64,000 bases of DNA from a virus. Position numbers and translations under genes: made by a program. Positions 1 to 8,464 of the stretch are shown here, piece by piece (the first letter of the stretch is position 1; each line of letters opens with the position of its first letter). The stretch is taken from the IMG/VR virus record IMGVR_UViG_3300033145_003080, positions 32,001 through 96,000 of that record, one strand, 5' to 3'. The notes beneath the pieces were generated by a model. The model saw only the letters and a program-made list of their open reading frames with translations, had not been told where the DNA came from and did not search any database.

Positions 1-310
1 ATAATTTTGCAGTCTCAATGATCATCATTCTGGCAACATCTTCCGGCCTTTCAATTTTTTCGAAATCAATATTTTGAGCAACGGTGGATGATATAAGATT
101 AAACAATACATCACATTCAGCGTATTCTATCTCATGCCCAATAATATTCTCTATGGCTGCTTTAATTGAATCAAACAATTTCGCCTGTTTCTTTACAATT
201 TTGAAACTATCTATAAAAAATTCCATTGACGCACCAATCTCAGGCAATACAGTGCATAACCGTTTAATATTCTCTTCACGAGCTTTGGATATATTCAGAA
301 TAATTCTTAT
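1..310 (-). CDS. hypothetical protein, runs off the window edge (start uncertain)
   Basis: Open minus-strand frame (..ILNISKAREENIKRLCTVLPEIGASMEFF..) downstream of the promoter motif at 361; the ATG with an RBS is out of frame. Confidence 0.4.
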   Translation of the reverse strand, partial: MRIILNISKAREENIKRLCTVLPEIGASMEFFIDSFKIVKKQAKLFDSIKAAIENIIGHEIEYAECDVLFNLISSTVAQNIDFEKIERPEDVARMMIIETAKL

Positions 311-359
311 GCATAATGTCTCCCGTTATGAATGAATAGTTATTTCCTTTACTATTATA

Positions 360-388
360 CTTATACCAAATTTTCGGGTTTTCTAACC
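360..388 (-). promoter_or_regulatory. conserved phage promoter, copy 1 (GGTTAG-N17-TATAAG)
   Basis: Same bipartite motif with TGG extended -10 recurs nine times in intergenic positions. Confidence 0.75.
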
Positions 389-829
389 ATCCAGAATACC
401 CAACCAGAGTCTCGTAACATCAGACAGGTCAGGCAGTTTGAATATATCCTTAATCGTCATGAACAGTTGCTCACTGTGCTTCTCAGGTTCTTTATTCTCA
501 AGCGTACCAGTGTACTCCAACGCCTGAAAGATATGACTGTGCGTATGGACTATAACGTCATTCTTTTTATATACGAACATCCTGTCTTTTAGGAATACAG
601 TCCTTGTTATAGTCAAACCGGTTTCCTCAAGCATCTCAAGACGAATTGTTTCATCAAGAGAGCTTCCCGGCATAACCTTGCCGGCAGGAATCGTCCATTT
701 ACCAATCTTAACGTGTTTCTGCATTAGAACTTTCTCGCAACTCCTGTCCTTAATAACGACAGCAACGCCAGAGTGATCTATAAGATCCTCTGCGGTGTAT
801 AACTCACTGTACGAAACCCTATGTATCAT
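383..829 (-). CDS. NUDIX hydrolase
   Basis: Nudix-box-like PAGKVMPGSSLDETIRLEMLEETGL. Confidence 0.85.
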   Translation of the reverse strand: MIHRVSYSELYTAEDLIDHSGVAVVIKDRSCEKVLMQKHVKIGKWTIPAGKVMPGSSLDETIRLEMLEETGLTITRTVFLKDRMFVYKKNDVIVHTHSHIFQALEYTGTLENKEPEKHSEQLFMTIKDIFKLPDLSDVTRLWLGILDG

Positions 830-898
830 ATAACGACCCCATTCTCCTTATAGCAATTCCAGAATAGTTGATTTGATAACAGCTAAAAAAACGCAGTG

Positions 899-1099
899 TT
901 ACCTGCGTTTCTCTTTCCTCTTTTCCTTTATTCTGCGATACAAATCGATGGTAAACTTTTGATTATCTCTACCCATACCATCCCAACCTTTTTTGGCTTG
1001 TTCATAAGCTTCATCGATATTGACCACACCCTGAAGAAATTTAATCGCTTCGATTCCTTCTTCTTCAGTATATCCTTCTACAGCTTTTGTTTCAGACAT
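899..1099 (-). CDS. small hypothetical protein
   Basis: ORF with GGAGG RBS, downstream of promoter copy 2. Confidence 0.6.
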   Translation of the reverse strand: MSETKAVEGYTEEEGIEAIKFLQGVVNIDEAYEQAKKGWDGMGRDNQKFTIDLYRRIKEKRKEKRR

Positions 1100-1314
1100 A
1101 CTACCCTCCTTATTTTTTCTTTTTTATTACTGCTCTTTTCTTTATCCTGATTGTTTGAATAGTTTTAATTGGTATATTATAATCAGGATGGAATTTTTTA
1201 GCTTGAGTTTGCAAAAACTCATGTACTTTCCTTTTACGATTACTGCGTTCAACAATACATGCCATAATGCCCTCCAGGCAAAAGGGTTGATAATTATCTC
1301 TTACAACTACTATA

Positions 1315-1343
1315 CTTATACCAGATTATCGGATTTTCTAACG
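1315..1343 (-). promoter_or_regulatory. conserved phage promoter, copy 2 (CGTTAG-N17-TATAAG)
   Basis: Motif match with exact spacing. Confidence 0.75.
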
Positions 1344-1408
1344 CTTTGATAGCTAAAAAAAGCCCTATCTCATAGTCAAGTGGTGTCGCCGCCGAGAGAC
1401 ACCGTCCA

Positions 1409-2233
1409 TTATAGAGATTGGGCTTCTAAAGCTTTCTGTATCACTTCTTTAATAAAAGTAGGATTTTCAATCCGATCACATTTGCAGTTTATCACACCAG
1501 AGAATGATGTTATTACATCGCGATTGTAAATATCTGGCTTATACCACTTGATTGGCTTTATCATTTCGGGAGACAAAAACGTTTTAGCTATGAATACGTC
1601 TCCAAAATCCTCAAGAACCAGTATGCCAACGTTCGCATTTAAATGATAATAATTTTCATGCCTGCCATACTCGAGATCTCCAGATAATGTCATTCCAGAT
1701 AAAATATCAACACTAGTTGCCGGGCCATTAAGCGATTCCTCTAATTTCTTAGCCAGATGGTCGTAAAGAATAGGACCTATCCGCTCTTCAAACCTTTCAA
1801 GGCAATGCTCAGTAAAGAATATGTTTCCACAGCAGCTATGATAGTACGAGCCATACAGCTTACCCTGACCGGCAACTGTAAATACACGGTCGAGGTTGGT
1901 ATTGAAATACATAGTTTTATTAACGTTGTTGATTTTAAAATGTGTAAGACTGACCCAACGGCCATATTTATTGCGAACTCTCCTGGTAACCTCATCCTTA
2001 ATCTTCTTTTCTTTACGTAAGCTGATTCGCTTTTTTGCGAAGCTTTTACCAAGGATTTTATCACATGCATTGGTGAATATAAGATTCATCATAGCATCGT
2101 TATATGGTTCAAAAGAGACTGTTTCGAAATGTTCGTTGAGTAGGGCGAGATAAACCTGCTCCTGTTCTTTGTTACGTTTTATGGAACTTTTTCTTTTCGT
2201 TATACACCTCCTTAATAATAAGGAAAATCCCAT
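1409..2233 (-). CDS. hypothetical protein (true start probably downstream, near 2200)
   Basis: 274-aa ORF on the coding strand, with AGGAGG near 2210. Confidence 0.7.
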   Translation of the reverse strand: MGFSLLLRRCITKRKSSIKRNKEQEQVYLALLNEHFETVSFEPYNDAMMNLIFTNACDKILGKSFAKKRISLRKEKKIKDEVTRRVRNKYGRWVSLTHFKINNVNKTMYFNTNLDRVFTVAGQGKLYGSYYHSCCGNIFFTEHCLERFEERIGPILYDHLAKKLEESLNGPATSVDILSGMTLSGDLEYGRHENYYHLNANVGILVLEDFGDVFIAKTFLSPEMIKPIKWYKPDIYNRDVITSFSGVINCKCDRIENPTFIKEVIQKALEAQSL

Positions 2234-2367
2234 TCGAGCCTGGTGAATTTAGGCACCCAGCGTTCGTGAAGTTGCAGCTGCACGGCTGGAGGATTATTCT
2301 GTCCTTTTAAAATGAGATTTTCCAATTTATGGTTGTTTGTACTATTGACTTCTGATTGAAAATAACG

Positions 2368-2907
2368 TTAAAAAACGGGAACTAGTTTGCGGTTCAAGAG
2401 ACACGGCTGATTACCACAAACCCAATCAGTACAAGACTCACATTGCTTATCAAATTCCCACTCAGAACAAATTACACCCCTTCCGTTTTGTAAATCCTCC
2501 CTATTATCCTGAGAATTGCTAATAACCGAAATAGAAATATTCTGATTAACATATCGATCAAGCAAATCACAGAGAAAGATGCCATCCACTTGATTATCGA
2601 AACTTCTTTTACCCCCTTTAGCACCTTGAAGTATATAACAGGGTACACGTTTGCCACATTCACCTGTAAAACCTTTCCAAAGCAAGCCACTGATAACCAT
2701 AAACATTTCTCCAATGGCATCTATTTGTCTGCCAGGCACTGTTGCTCGCGTTTCAACTTTCTGGGATTTGCGAGCTTTTTCAAGAATATGCTTGGCATCA
2801 ACCAGGGTTACAAATTCAACCGGCACATCATTGAATTCTAATTTAAACACAGTGTACCCTTCCCACTTCTTATCATTTTGACAAAGCGGGTGTTTAAATT
2901 CACTCAT
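2368..2907 (-). CDS. hypothetical protein, Cys-rich C-terminus
   Basis: ORF; GGAGG precedes MSEFKHP. Confidence 0.65.
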   Translation of the reverse strand: MSEFKHPLCQNDKKWEGYTVFKLEFNDVPVEFVTLVDAKHILEKARKSQKVETRATVPGRQIDAIGEMFMVISGLLWKGFTGECGKRVPCYILQGAKGGKRSFDNQVDGIFLCDLLDRYVNQNISISVISNSQDNREDLQNGRGVICSEWEFDKQCESCTDWVCGNQPCLLNRKLVPVF

Positions 2908-3157
2908 AAAGCAATCCTCCTTTTTTTCCTGATTTTGGCGGATCTTCCATTGGTATAACTCCAATAAGCTCACCTATTACCGTTCCTTTATTCTCAGCAT
3001 CCGCCACTTTCTGTGCTTCTGCCCACGTTTCCGCTTCAACCCTGTAACCATACATTTCAAGTGTTATGTGACAGAACTTATTAGTACACCATGTTTTCAC
3101 ACTACCCCCTCCGTTTCCCATTGTGCATTCATTATTTTTATAATTTCGGGGGTACAA
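2900..3157 (-). CDS. hypothetical protein (start uncertain)
   Basis: Fills the gap between neighbouring genes with overlapping stop/start. Confidence 0.5.
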   Translation of the reverse strand: MYPRNYKNNECTMGNGGGSVKTWCTNKFCHITLEMYGYRVEAETWAEAQKVADAENKGTVIGELIGVIPMEDPPKSGKKGGLLYE

Positions 3158-3528
3158 TCTTCCTGCCCAACCCTTTCTAAAAACTCTTTCATACCATCAG
3201 ATACAGGTCCACATACTACCCAAGCATGACGATGTTGTACTTCTTTAAGCGCCCACTGAATTGCCGGTGATTTTTTCGGCAATCGTTCCTTTACAAATTT
3301 ACCATGCTCTCCACAAAAATATGAAGCTAACACAGCAATCACTTTTGAAAGACGATACTCTTCTTCATAAAGATTCTGATATTCGTCCGCAAAATTCACA
3401 CATTCGCCAATGGGCGCTTTAGATGCGTGTTTTTTGAAAAAATTTAGCATTTGGTCACGCTTAACCTTTGTCTTTCGGACATCTTCCACTTTTACCTCCT
3501 TAGTCGAAATTTTTACCCCCTTGTCCAT
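3097..3528 (-). CDS. hypothetical protein
   Basis: ORF coupled to the upstream gene. Confidence 0.7.
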   Translation of the reverse strand: MDKGVKISTKEVKVEDVRKTKVKRDQMLNFFKKHASKAPIGECVNFADEYQNLYEEEYRLSKVIAVLASYFCGEHGKFVKERLPKKSPAIQWALKEVQHRHAWVVCGPVSDGMKEFLERVGQEDCTPEIIKIMNAQWETEGVV

Positions 3529-3529
3529 A

Positions 3530-4396
3530 TTATTTCACCTTGTATGGTTTAGATATAATCTCAGACAATTCAGGCCCTTTCCAATATGGCATGATCCATT
3601 GATATCTTCGCAATTTACGACCCACACCATAAACCTGATGCGTCCAATGGCCACGGACAAGAAACCTTTTATCTAAATTCCACTTTTTTACATGGCGTTT
3701 AGGTGTAAAGCGGCTTGGTGGTCTAAGTCGTATAAACTCCCTTGTAACCTTCTTACCTTTACTAACTTTGTATTTTTTCCTCACAACTGACTGGGTGTCA
3801 TATGCATCTCTTCCTGGCTCATTAATATACAGCACTGAATTTATAAATATATTCAGTACTTTCGGCACCAACTCTTTAACTCTATGATATTTTGATCCCA
3901 CCTCATTTTCCGCCCAATCTCTCCATGAAGATGAGCTTTTTATCGAAATATCAAACCAACCTATAGTTTCAACACCCTTACCATTAACTGGGTATATTGG
4001 CATTATTAGAGAATCAGATTCCCTATCATCATTAAGCTGATAATGGTTTGTTGCCAGGATCGCCTTATCACTCATATACATAACACTGAATATATCTACG
4101 TTATCCTCATCATCATCATCAGTCAGGATATTAGTATTAAATAATCTCAAGTCTCCTTCAATTATAAAATTGTTAAATGGCATATTGATATCGGCCAACT
4201 TAAAATCTAGTGGCACATCAGTATTAACAAACGCCTCTATTAAATCTTTTGATAAAATAAAGGTTTTCATACCAGTCTTTTTCCATATATCAATAAGCGC
4301 CAAAAATGAAGCATATGGCCGATACTGCCCGTCAGAACCATTTGTTATTATAAAATCTTCAAGAACTCTAATTCTTTTTAATAAATTCATAATCAC
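3530..4396 (-). CDS. phage hypothetical protein with C-terminal VRGHW motif (paralog A)
   Basis: RFLVRGHWTHQVYG...WIMPYWKGPELSEI; clearly homologous to the adjacent gene. Confidence 0.8.
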   Translation of the reverse strand: MIMNLLKRIRVLEDFIITNGSDGQYRPYASFLALIDIWKKTGMKTFILSKDLIEAFVNTDVPLDFKLADINMPFNNFIIEGDLRLFNTNILTDDDDEDNVDIFSVMYMSDKAILATNHYQLNDDRESDSLIMPIYPVNGKGVETIGWFDISIKSSSSWRDWAENEVGSKYHRVKELVPKVLNIFINSVLYINEPGRDAYDTQSVVRKKYKVSKGKKVTREFIRLRPPSRFTPKRHVKKWNLDKRFLVRGHWTHQVYGVGRKLRRYQWIMPYWKGPELSEIISKPYKVK

Positions 4397-5289
4397 TCCA
4401 CCTTATATGTTTTTGATACAATCTCAGATAATTCCGGACCTTTCCAGTATGGCAATATCCATATTCTTTTTCTAAATGCACGTCCCTTACCGTATGCCTG
4501 CCTTGTCCAGTGACCTCTTACTGTAAACCGTTTCTCTATTTTTCTTCCCGTTCCACTATTCAGTATTGACAAGTAACGTTTCGGTGGTTTAAGTAAAATA
4601 TACTGACTCTTTACCGTTCTCTTCTGACCTTTTATTTTATATTTAGAATGACCAACTGATTCAGTATCTTCTTTTTTTCTTCCAGGCTCGTTGATATACA
4701 TTATTGCATTGAAAAAGATATTAATAGATCGCTGAGCCTCCGGTATCGTAACTACACCCCTATACTGGTTAGGCTTTTTTGATTTTTCACATGCCGATTC
4801 AATCGATTCGTTATTGAGGAGATTAACCCACATGTGATCAAGACCAAATCCATCAAGACCAGGAGATAGGCCCGAAATGGATACATCCCAGGCAACATCG
4901 TTTTTAATCTCCCCATTCCTTGTTACAAGAAGTGTCTCATTATGAGTTATAGCATTACTATTTATAAATAATAAAGCGTGCACATCAGCATTATCATTTT
5001 CACGTATATTAACTTGAAATAGAGGTTTCTCACCTTCGATAAGAAATGTATCGAACGGATAGTGAAATTCTCCAGGTGTGATATCCATTGGGACATCTGT
5101 CAATGCAAATGCGTCAATTAGCTCTTTTGAAAGACGAAATGTTTTTGCACCTAATCCTAACCATAACTGTAATTTTGTATACAGCGCAGTAAAGTCATAT
5201 GTTACATCTTCAACGGCCTGGCTTGATGGAGTATACTTCATTGAATTGATAAGCTCTTTTGTTTCCTCCATTCTTTTAAATATATTCAC
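4393..5289 (-). CDS. phage hypothetical protein with C-terminal VRGHW motif (paralog B)
   Basis: RFTVRGHWTRQAYG...WILPYWKGPELSEI; GTG start after AGGAGG. Confidence 0.8.
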   Translation of the reverse strand: MNIFKRMEETKELINSMKYTPSSQAVEDVTYDFTALYTKLQLWLGLGAKTFRLSKELIDAFALTDVPMDITPGEFHYPFDTFLIEGEKPLFQVNIRENDNADVHALLFINSNAITHNETLLVTRNGEIKNDVAWDVSISGLSPGLDGFGLDHMWVNLLNNESIESACEKSKKPNQYRGVVTIPEAQRSINIFFNAIMYINEPGRKKEDTESVGHSKYKIKGQKRTVKSQYILLKPPKRYLSILNSGTGRKIEKRFTVRGHWTRQAYGKGRAFRKRIWILPYWKGPELSEIVSKTYKVE

Positions 5290-5370
5290 ATTATCCTCCT
5301 GATTAAAAAAGTGTCTGCGCATGGAAGCTACCATCACTTTTGTTTCTTCAATTTTTCTGAATATGTTTCA

Positions 5371-5715
5371 TTACCCACTCTCCTCTTTTGCCAACTCATC
5401 CTTCAAAAGTTCTACCAGCTTTTTAAAATCAATATAAAGCAGAGTACTTGCATCACCAGACTCACCTCCAACACAAATAAGCTTTTCTTTTACCCATTTG
5501 TTTTTAATATATTCTCTTAACTTATGTGTATTACCTGGTATCTTAGGCTCATATAATAGGGGGTGGTTACCTTCCACTATTACACCGTCATCCGAGATTC
5601 CCCAGCACACATCGTCTGAGATGCTGTGCAGCCCTTCCGCTCTATAATTAACATTTGCACGCTGGTGATTAGATGGCAAATTAAAAAATTTAGACAATCT
5701 CTTTAAAAAGCTCAC
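5371..5715 (-). CDS. hypothetical protein
   Basis: ORF with RBS. Confidence 0.6.
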   Translation of the reverse strand: MSFLKRLSKFFNLPSNHQRANVNYRAEGLHSISDDVCWGISDDGVIVEGNHPLLYEPKIPGNTHKLREYIKNKWVKEKLICVGGESGDASTLLYIDFKKLVELLKDELAKEESG

Positions 5716-6067
5716 GGCTACTCACCTCCCTGCCAAGTTTTTGGTATTCTGCCAAATCCAACTGAATCCAAACAAGGTCGCACTCATTATCTTTTATAAG
5801 CGCTGTCATTGTTTCTATTAAGTTTTTGTATATTTCCTCTCTTTTCGACCTGCGTATGCCATAAGCCTCTTCGACATAATCAAATACATAAGCTTTAGTT
5901 TTATTATCGTAATACATATCATATAACAAACTTATTGAATTTTCTTTCTCAAAAATAAATCTGCCATAATAACTTTCAACAGCGCAAGTGTATATCCCGG
6001 CCTCAAGACCAGATAGTTTTATTACGAAGGTTTTAACTTCAGTAATTTCATGATTAATGTCTCCCAT
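5690..6067 (-). CDS. hypothetical protein
   Basis: ORF with AGGAGG RBS. Confidence 0.7.
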   Translation of the reverse strand: MGDINHEITEVKTFVIKLSGLEAGIYTCAVESYYGRFIFEKENSISLLYDMYYDNKTKAYVFDYVEEAYGIRRSKREEIYKNLIETMTALIKDNECDLVWIQLDLAEYQKLGREVSSRELFKEIV

Positions 6068-6200
6068 TTTATCCTCCTGATTAAAAAAAGCGCCTGGTCA
6101 GGGCGCTATGGTATGCGCGAGGTTGAACATAAATAAAATTATGACAACCACGATAAATATAAAGATTTTCCACTTCATTGTATACTCCTTAGAATAAAAA

Positions 6201-6272
6201 GAGACGGCCGGGATACATTGTACAGAAAATCCACCCAGGAACTGTACAATTGCTCAACCAGCCGTCGCCCTC
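6201..6272 (-). ncRNA. unclassified structured RNA or long hairpin ending in a U-tract
   Basis: GACGGCTGG/CCGGCCGTC outer stem and ATTGTACAG/CTGTACAAT inner stem. Confidence 0.4.
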
Positions 6273-6302
6273 ATCATTGCCCCTCCCCCAAAAAAGGGAG
6301 GT

Positions 6303-6488
6303 TTATATACCCAATAAGTGCGGATATTCACTACCACCATCGATGGAATCGTTAGAATGCGCCGTTCCACCAATATTTTCTTCACTACCGTCATCCAATT
6401 GATACTCTTCTTGGCCAGGCCGATAGTCCGGATCGCTAATAAATACTTCTTCACTATCATCTTCAGGAAAAGGCATATCATCCTCCAT
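6303..6488 (-). CDS. small acidic protein
   Basis: D/E-rich 61-aa ORF directly after promoter copy 3. Confidence 0.55.
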   Translation of the reverse strand: MEDDMPFPEDDSEEVFISDPDYRPGQEEYQLDDGSEENIGGTAHSNDSIDGGSEYPHLLGI

Positions 6489-6555
6489 ACGTTTATATTA
6501 AATTTTACTTAATTTGTTCATAATAAAAAAATAATACCTATCCATTACTATTATG

Positions 6556-6584
6556 GTTATACCAAGAATGTGATTATTATAACA
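6556..6584 (-). promoter_or_regulatory. conserved phage promoter, copy 3 (TGTTAT-N17-TATAAC), overlapping the putative tnpB right end
   Basis: Motif match with exact spacing. Confidence 0.75.
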
Positions 6585-6601
6585 GATAAAACTGTTATCT
6601 T

Positions 6602-7711
6602 TTAAGCATAAGCTAAAGTGTGTAACCCCACACTTAATATATTTTTTGCGGCATTGAGATCTCTATCAATACTTAATCCACATTTATAACACTCATATTG
6701 CCTAGTAGACAGTTTCATAACTTGTCTATTTCCACAATTAGAACAATCTTGAGTAGTGTAGGCTGGGTTTACCTTAATCACTGTTCGTCCGGCACTTTCA
6801 GCCTTGACAAACAATATATTAAGAAATAGACCCCACGCCGCATCGTTAATTGATTTTGATAATTTTGGCTTTTTACCTTTAATTACCATATTTTTTATAT
6901 TAAGATCTTCAACACATATTACATTATATTTATTTATTATATTTCGAGACAATTTGTGACAAAAATCTTTCCTTTGGCTCCCTACCTTTTCATACCGCAG
7001 TGCAACTGATTTTTTATTTTTTGATGTATTGTTTTTTGAAAAACGCCTTTGTATCTTAATTATTTTTTTTTCTTCTTCTTTAAAAAATCGAGGATTATTA
7101 ATCCTTTCACCGTTAGATAATACGGCAAATGTTTTTAACCCAACATCTATACCAATTTTATTATTAATTTTATGTAATTTGTTTATAGGGATATTGTTAC
7201 ATACAATCGAAACAAACCATTTTCCAGTTGGGGTTCTTTTAATAGTACATGTTTTAGGACTACCAAACATCTCTCTATGTTTTATTATTTTAATTAATCC
7301 TATTTTTGCAAGATTTATATGTGTGCTACCAACATTAAATGGTGATCCACTTTCTGGGCATTGAGGATAAGTAAAAGAATCATACCACCCAGTACCTTTA
7401 AACCTTGGGTGTCCTGGCTTTTCGCCTGACTTACATCTTCTAAAAAATGATTTAAAAGAAAGATCTACTCTAATAACAACATTTTGTAATACTTGTGAAT
7501 AAATACCTTTAATCGTTTGTCTATTTTTTTTAATTGATTTTAGACTATTCATTTGACTAAAACATGATATAGATTCTTTTTTATCTTTCCAAATACATAT
7601 TCTTTCAGACAATAAATGATTGTACAACCATCGACACTCTTCCAATATATTATTGAGGAAACGTTTTTGTTTGTTTGATGGGTATATTCTATATTTATAT
7701 GTTTTAAGCAT
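6602..7711 (-). CDS. tnpB: IS200/IS605-family RNA-guided endonuclease TnpB, no tnpA
   Basis: N-terminal HTH (KTYKYRIYP), RuvC-I GIDVG, RuvC-II VEDL, Zn finger (CSNCG..CYKCG), RuvC-III DRDLNAAKNI; all catalytic residues present; TTGCAA-17-TATATT promoter just upstream of ATG 7711. Confidence 0.95.
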   Translation of the reverse strand: MLKTYKYRIYPSNKQKRFLNNILEECRWLYNHLLSERICIWKDKKESISCFSQMNSLKSIKKNRQTIKGIYSQVLQNVVIRVDLSFKSFFRRCKSGEKPGHPRFKGTGWYDSFTYPQCPESGSPFNVGSTHINLAKIGLIKIIKHREMFGSPKTCTIKRTPTGKWFVSIVCNNIPINKLHKINNKIGIDVGLKTFAVLSNGERINNPRFFKEEEKKIIKIQRRFSKNNTSKNKKSVALRYEKVGSQRKDFCHKLSRNIINKYNVICVEDLNIKNMVIKGKKPKLSKSINDAAWGLFLNILFVKAESAGRTVIKVNPAYTTQDCSNCGNRQVMKLSTRQYECYKCGLSIDRDLNAAKNILSVGLHTLAYA

Positions 7712-7757
7712 ATTATTAATATAGCATAAAATAATAAATATTGCAAAGTTATTAGCT

Positions 7758-7795
7758 AAAAAAAAGAGTTGAACCTGTACAGCGTTCAACTCTTT
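7758..7795. terminator. intrinsic terminator
   Basis: AAAGAGTTGAAC/GTTCAACTCTTT hairpin with A/T tracts. Confidence 0.7.
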
Positions 7796-8019
7796 GGTAT
7801 TGAGGACCCACCCATTGGTTTAAATCCTCAATTCCGATATATTACGATTCTGATTTGGCGTCGGATTTCTTTTCTTCCTTCTCGCGTTTCTTGAATATCT
7901 TCGGAAGGAAAATCGTTCCGAGTACACCAACAGCCGTGCCGGCTGCATACTTAAGAAGCTCTTTCATTTGAGCCTCCTTTCTCCTCATTTGGTGAGGGCT
8001 GTTTATATCTTACACTATA

Positions 8020-8048
8020 CTTATACCAGATTACGAACCAAAATCACG
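8020..8048 (-). promoter_or_regulatory. conserved phage promoter, copy 4 (CGTGAT-N17-TATAAG)
   Basis: Motif match; a ~45-aa ORF with a hydrophobic N-terminus (MKELLKYAAGTAVGVLGTIFLPK..) follows. Confidence 0.75.
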
Positions 8049-8052
8049 CCAT

Positions 8053-8454
8053 TTACAGCTCTTCCAGCATTTTCTCAATTTCTTCGACGGAATGGTCCTC
8101 GAGAGCTTCACCCTTCTTCTTCTCAAGAAGCTCCATAAGCCTCTGCTTCTTGGCCTTTGTCAGTATGGCCTTCTCAACCCTGTTAGCATAATTAACCTTG
8201 TGGTCCCTGATATGCTCAAGAATACCGAGCCTTATTTTTAATGAAGGGTCTACTTCGGAGCCCTCTACAACAACAAATGCTTCATTACCCTCATTATCCC
8301 TCACAGCATTTGTCATGGCTTTACCAACAACATCAATCGACAGATTGCCTTCTTTAGCTGTTAACGGAAGATCCCAAAGGTCCTCTGTAGAAAGGTTGCC
8401 TTTGGGTGTTTCGAATCTGAGCTTCTTACGGCTCGCGTAAGCAAATATGTCCAT
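8053..8454 (-). CDS. conserved jumbo-phage hypothetical protein
   Basis: ASRKKLRF..KGNLSTEDLWDLPL signature, recognised from large phages. Confidence 0.75.
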   Translation of the reverse strand: MDIFAYASRKKLRFETPKGNLSTEDLWDLPLTAKEGNLSIDVVGKAMTNAVRDNEGNEAFVVVEGSEVDPSLKIRLGILEHIRDHKVNYANRVEKAILTKAKKQRLMELLEKKKGEALEDHSVEEIEKMLEEL

Positions 8455-8464
8455 TACACACTCC

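Noticed and set aside
2215-2370. In-frame continuation after the TAA of the 2368 ORF (possible ochre readthrough)
   Set aside because: No recognisable motif and no TAA suppressor; chance or a separate small ORF is equally likely
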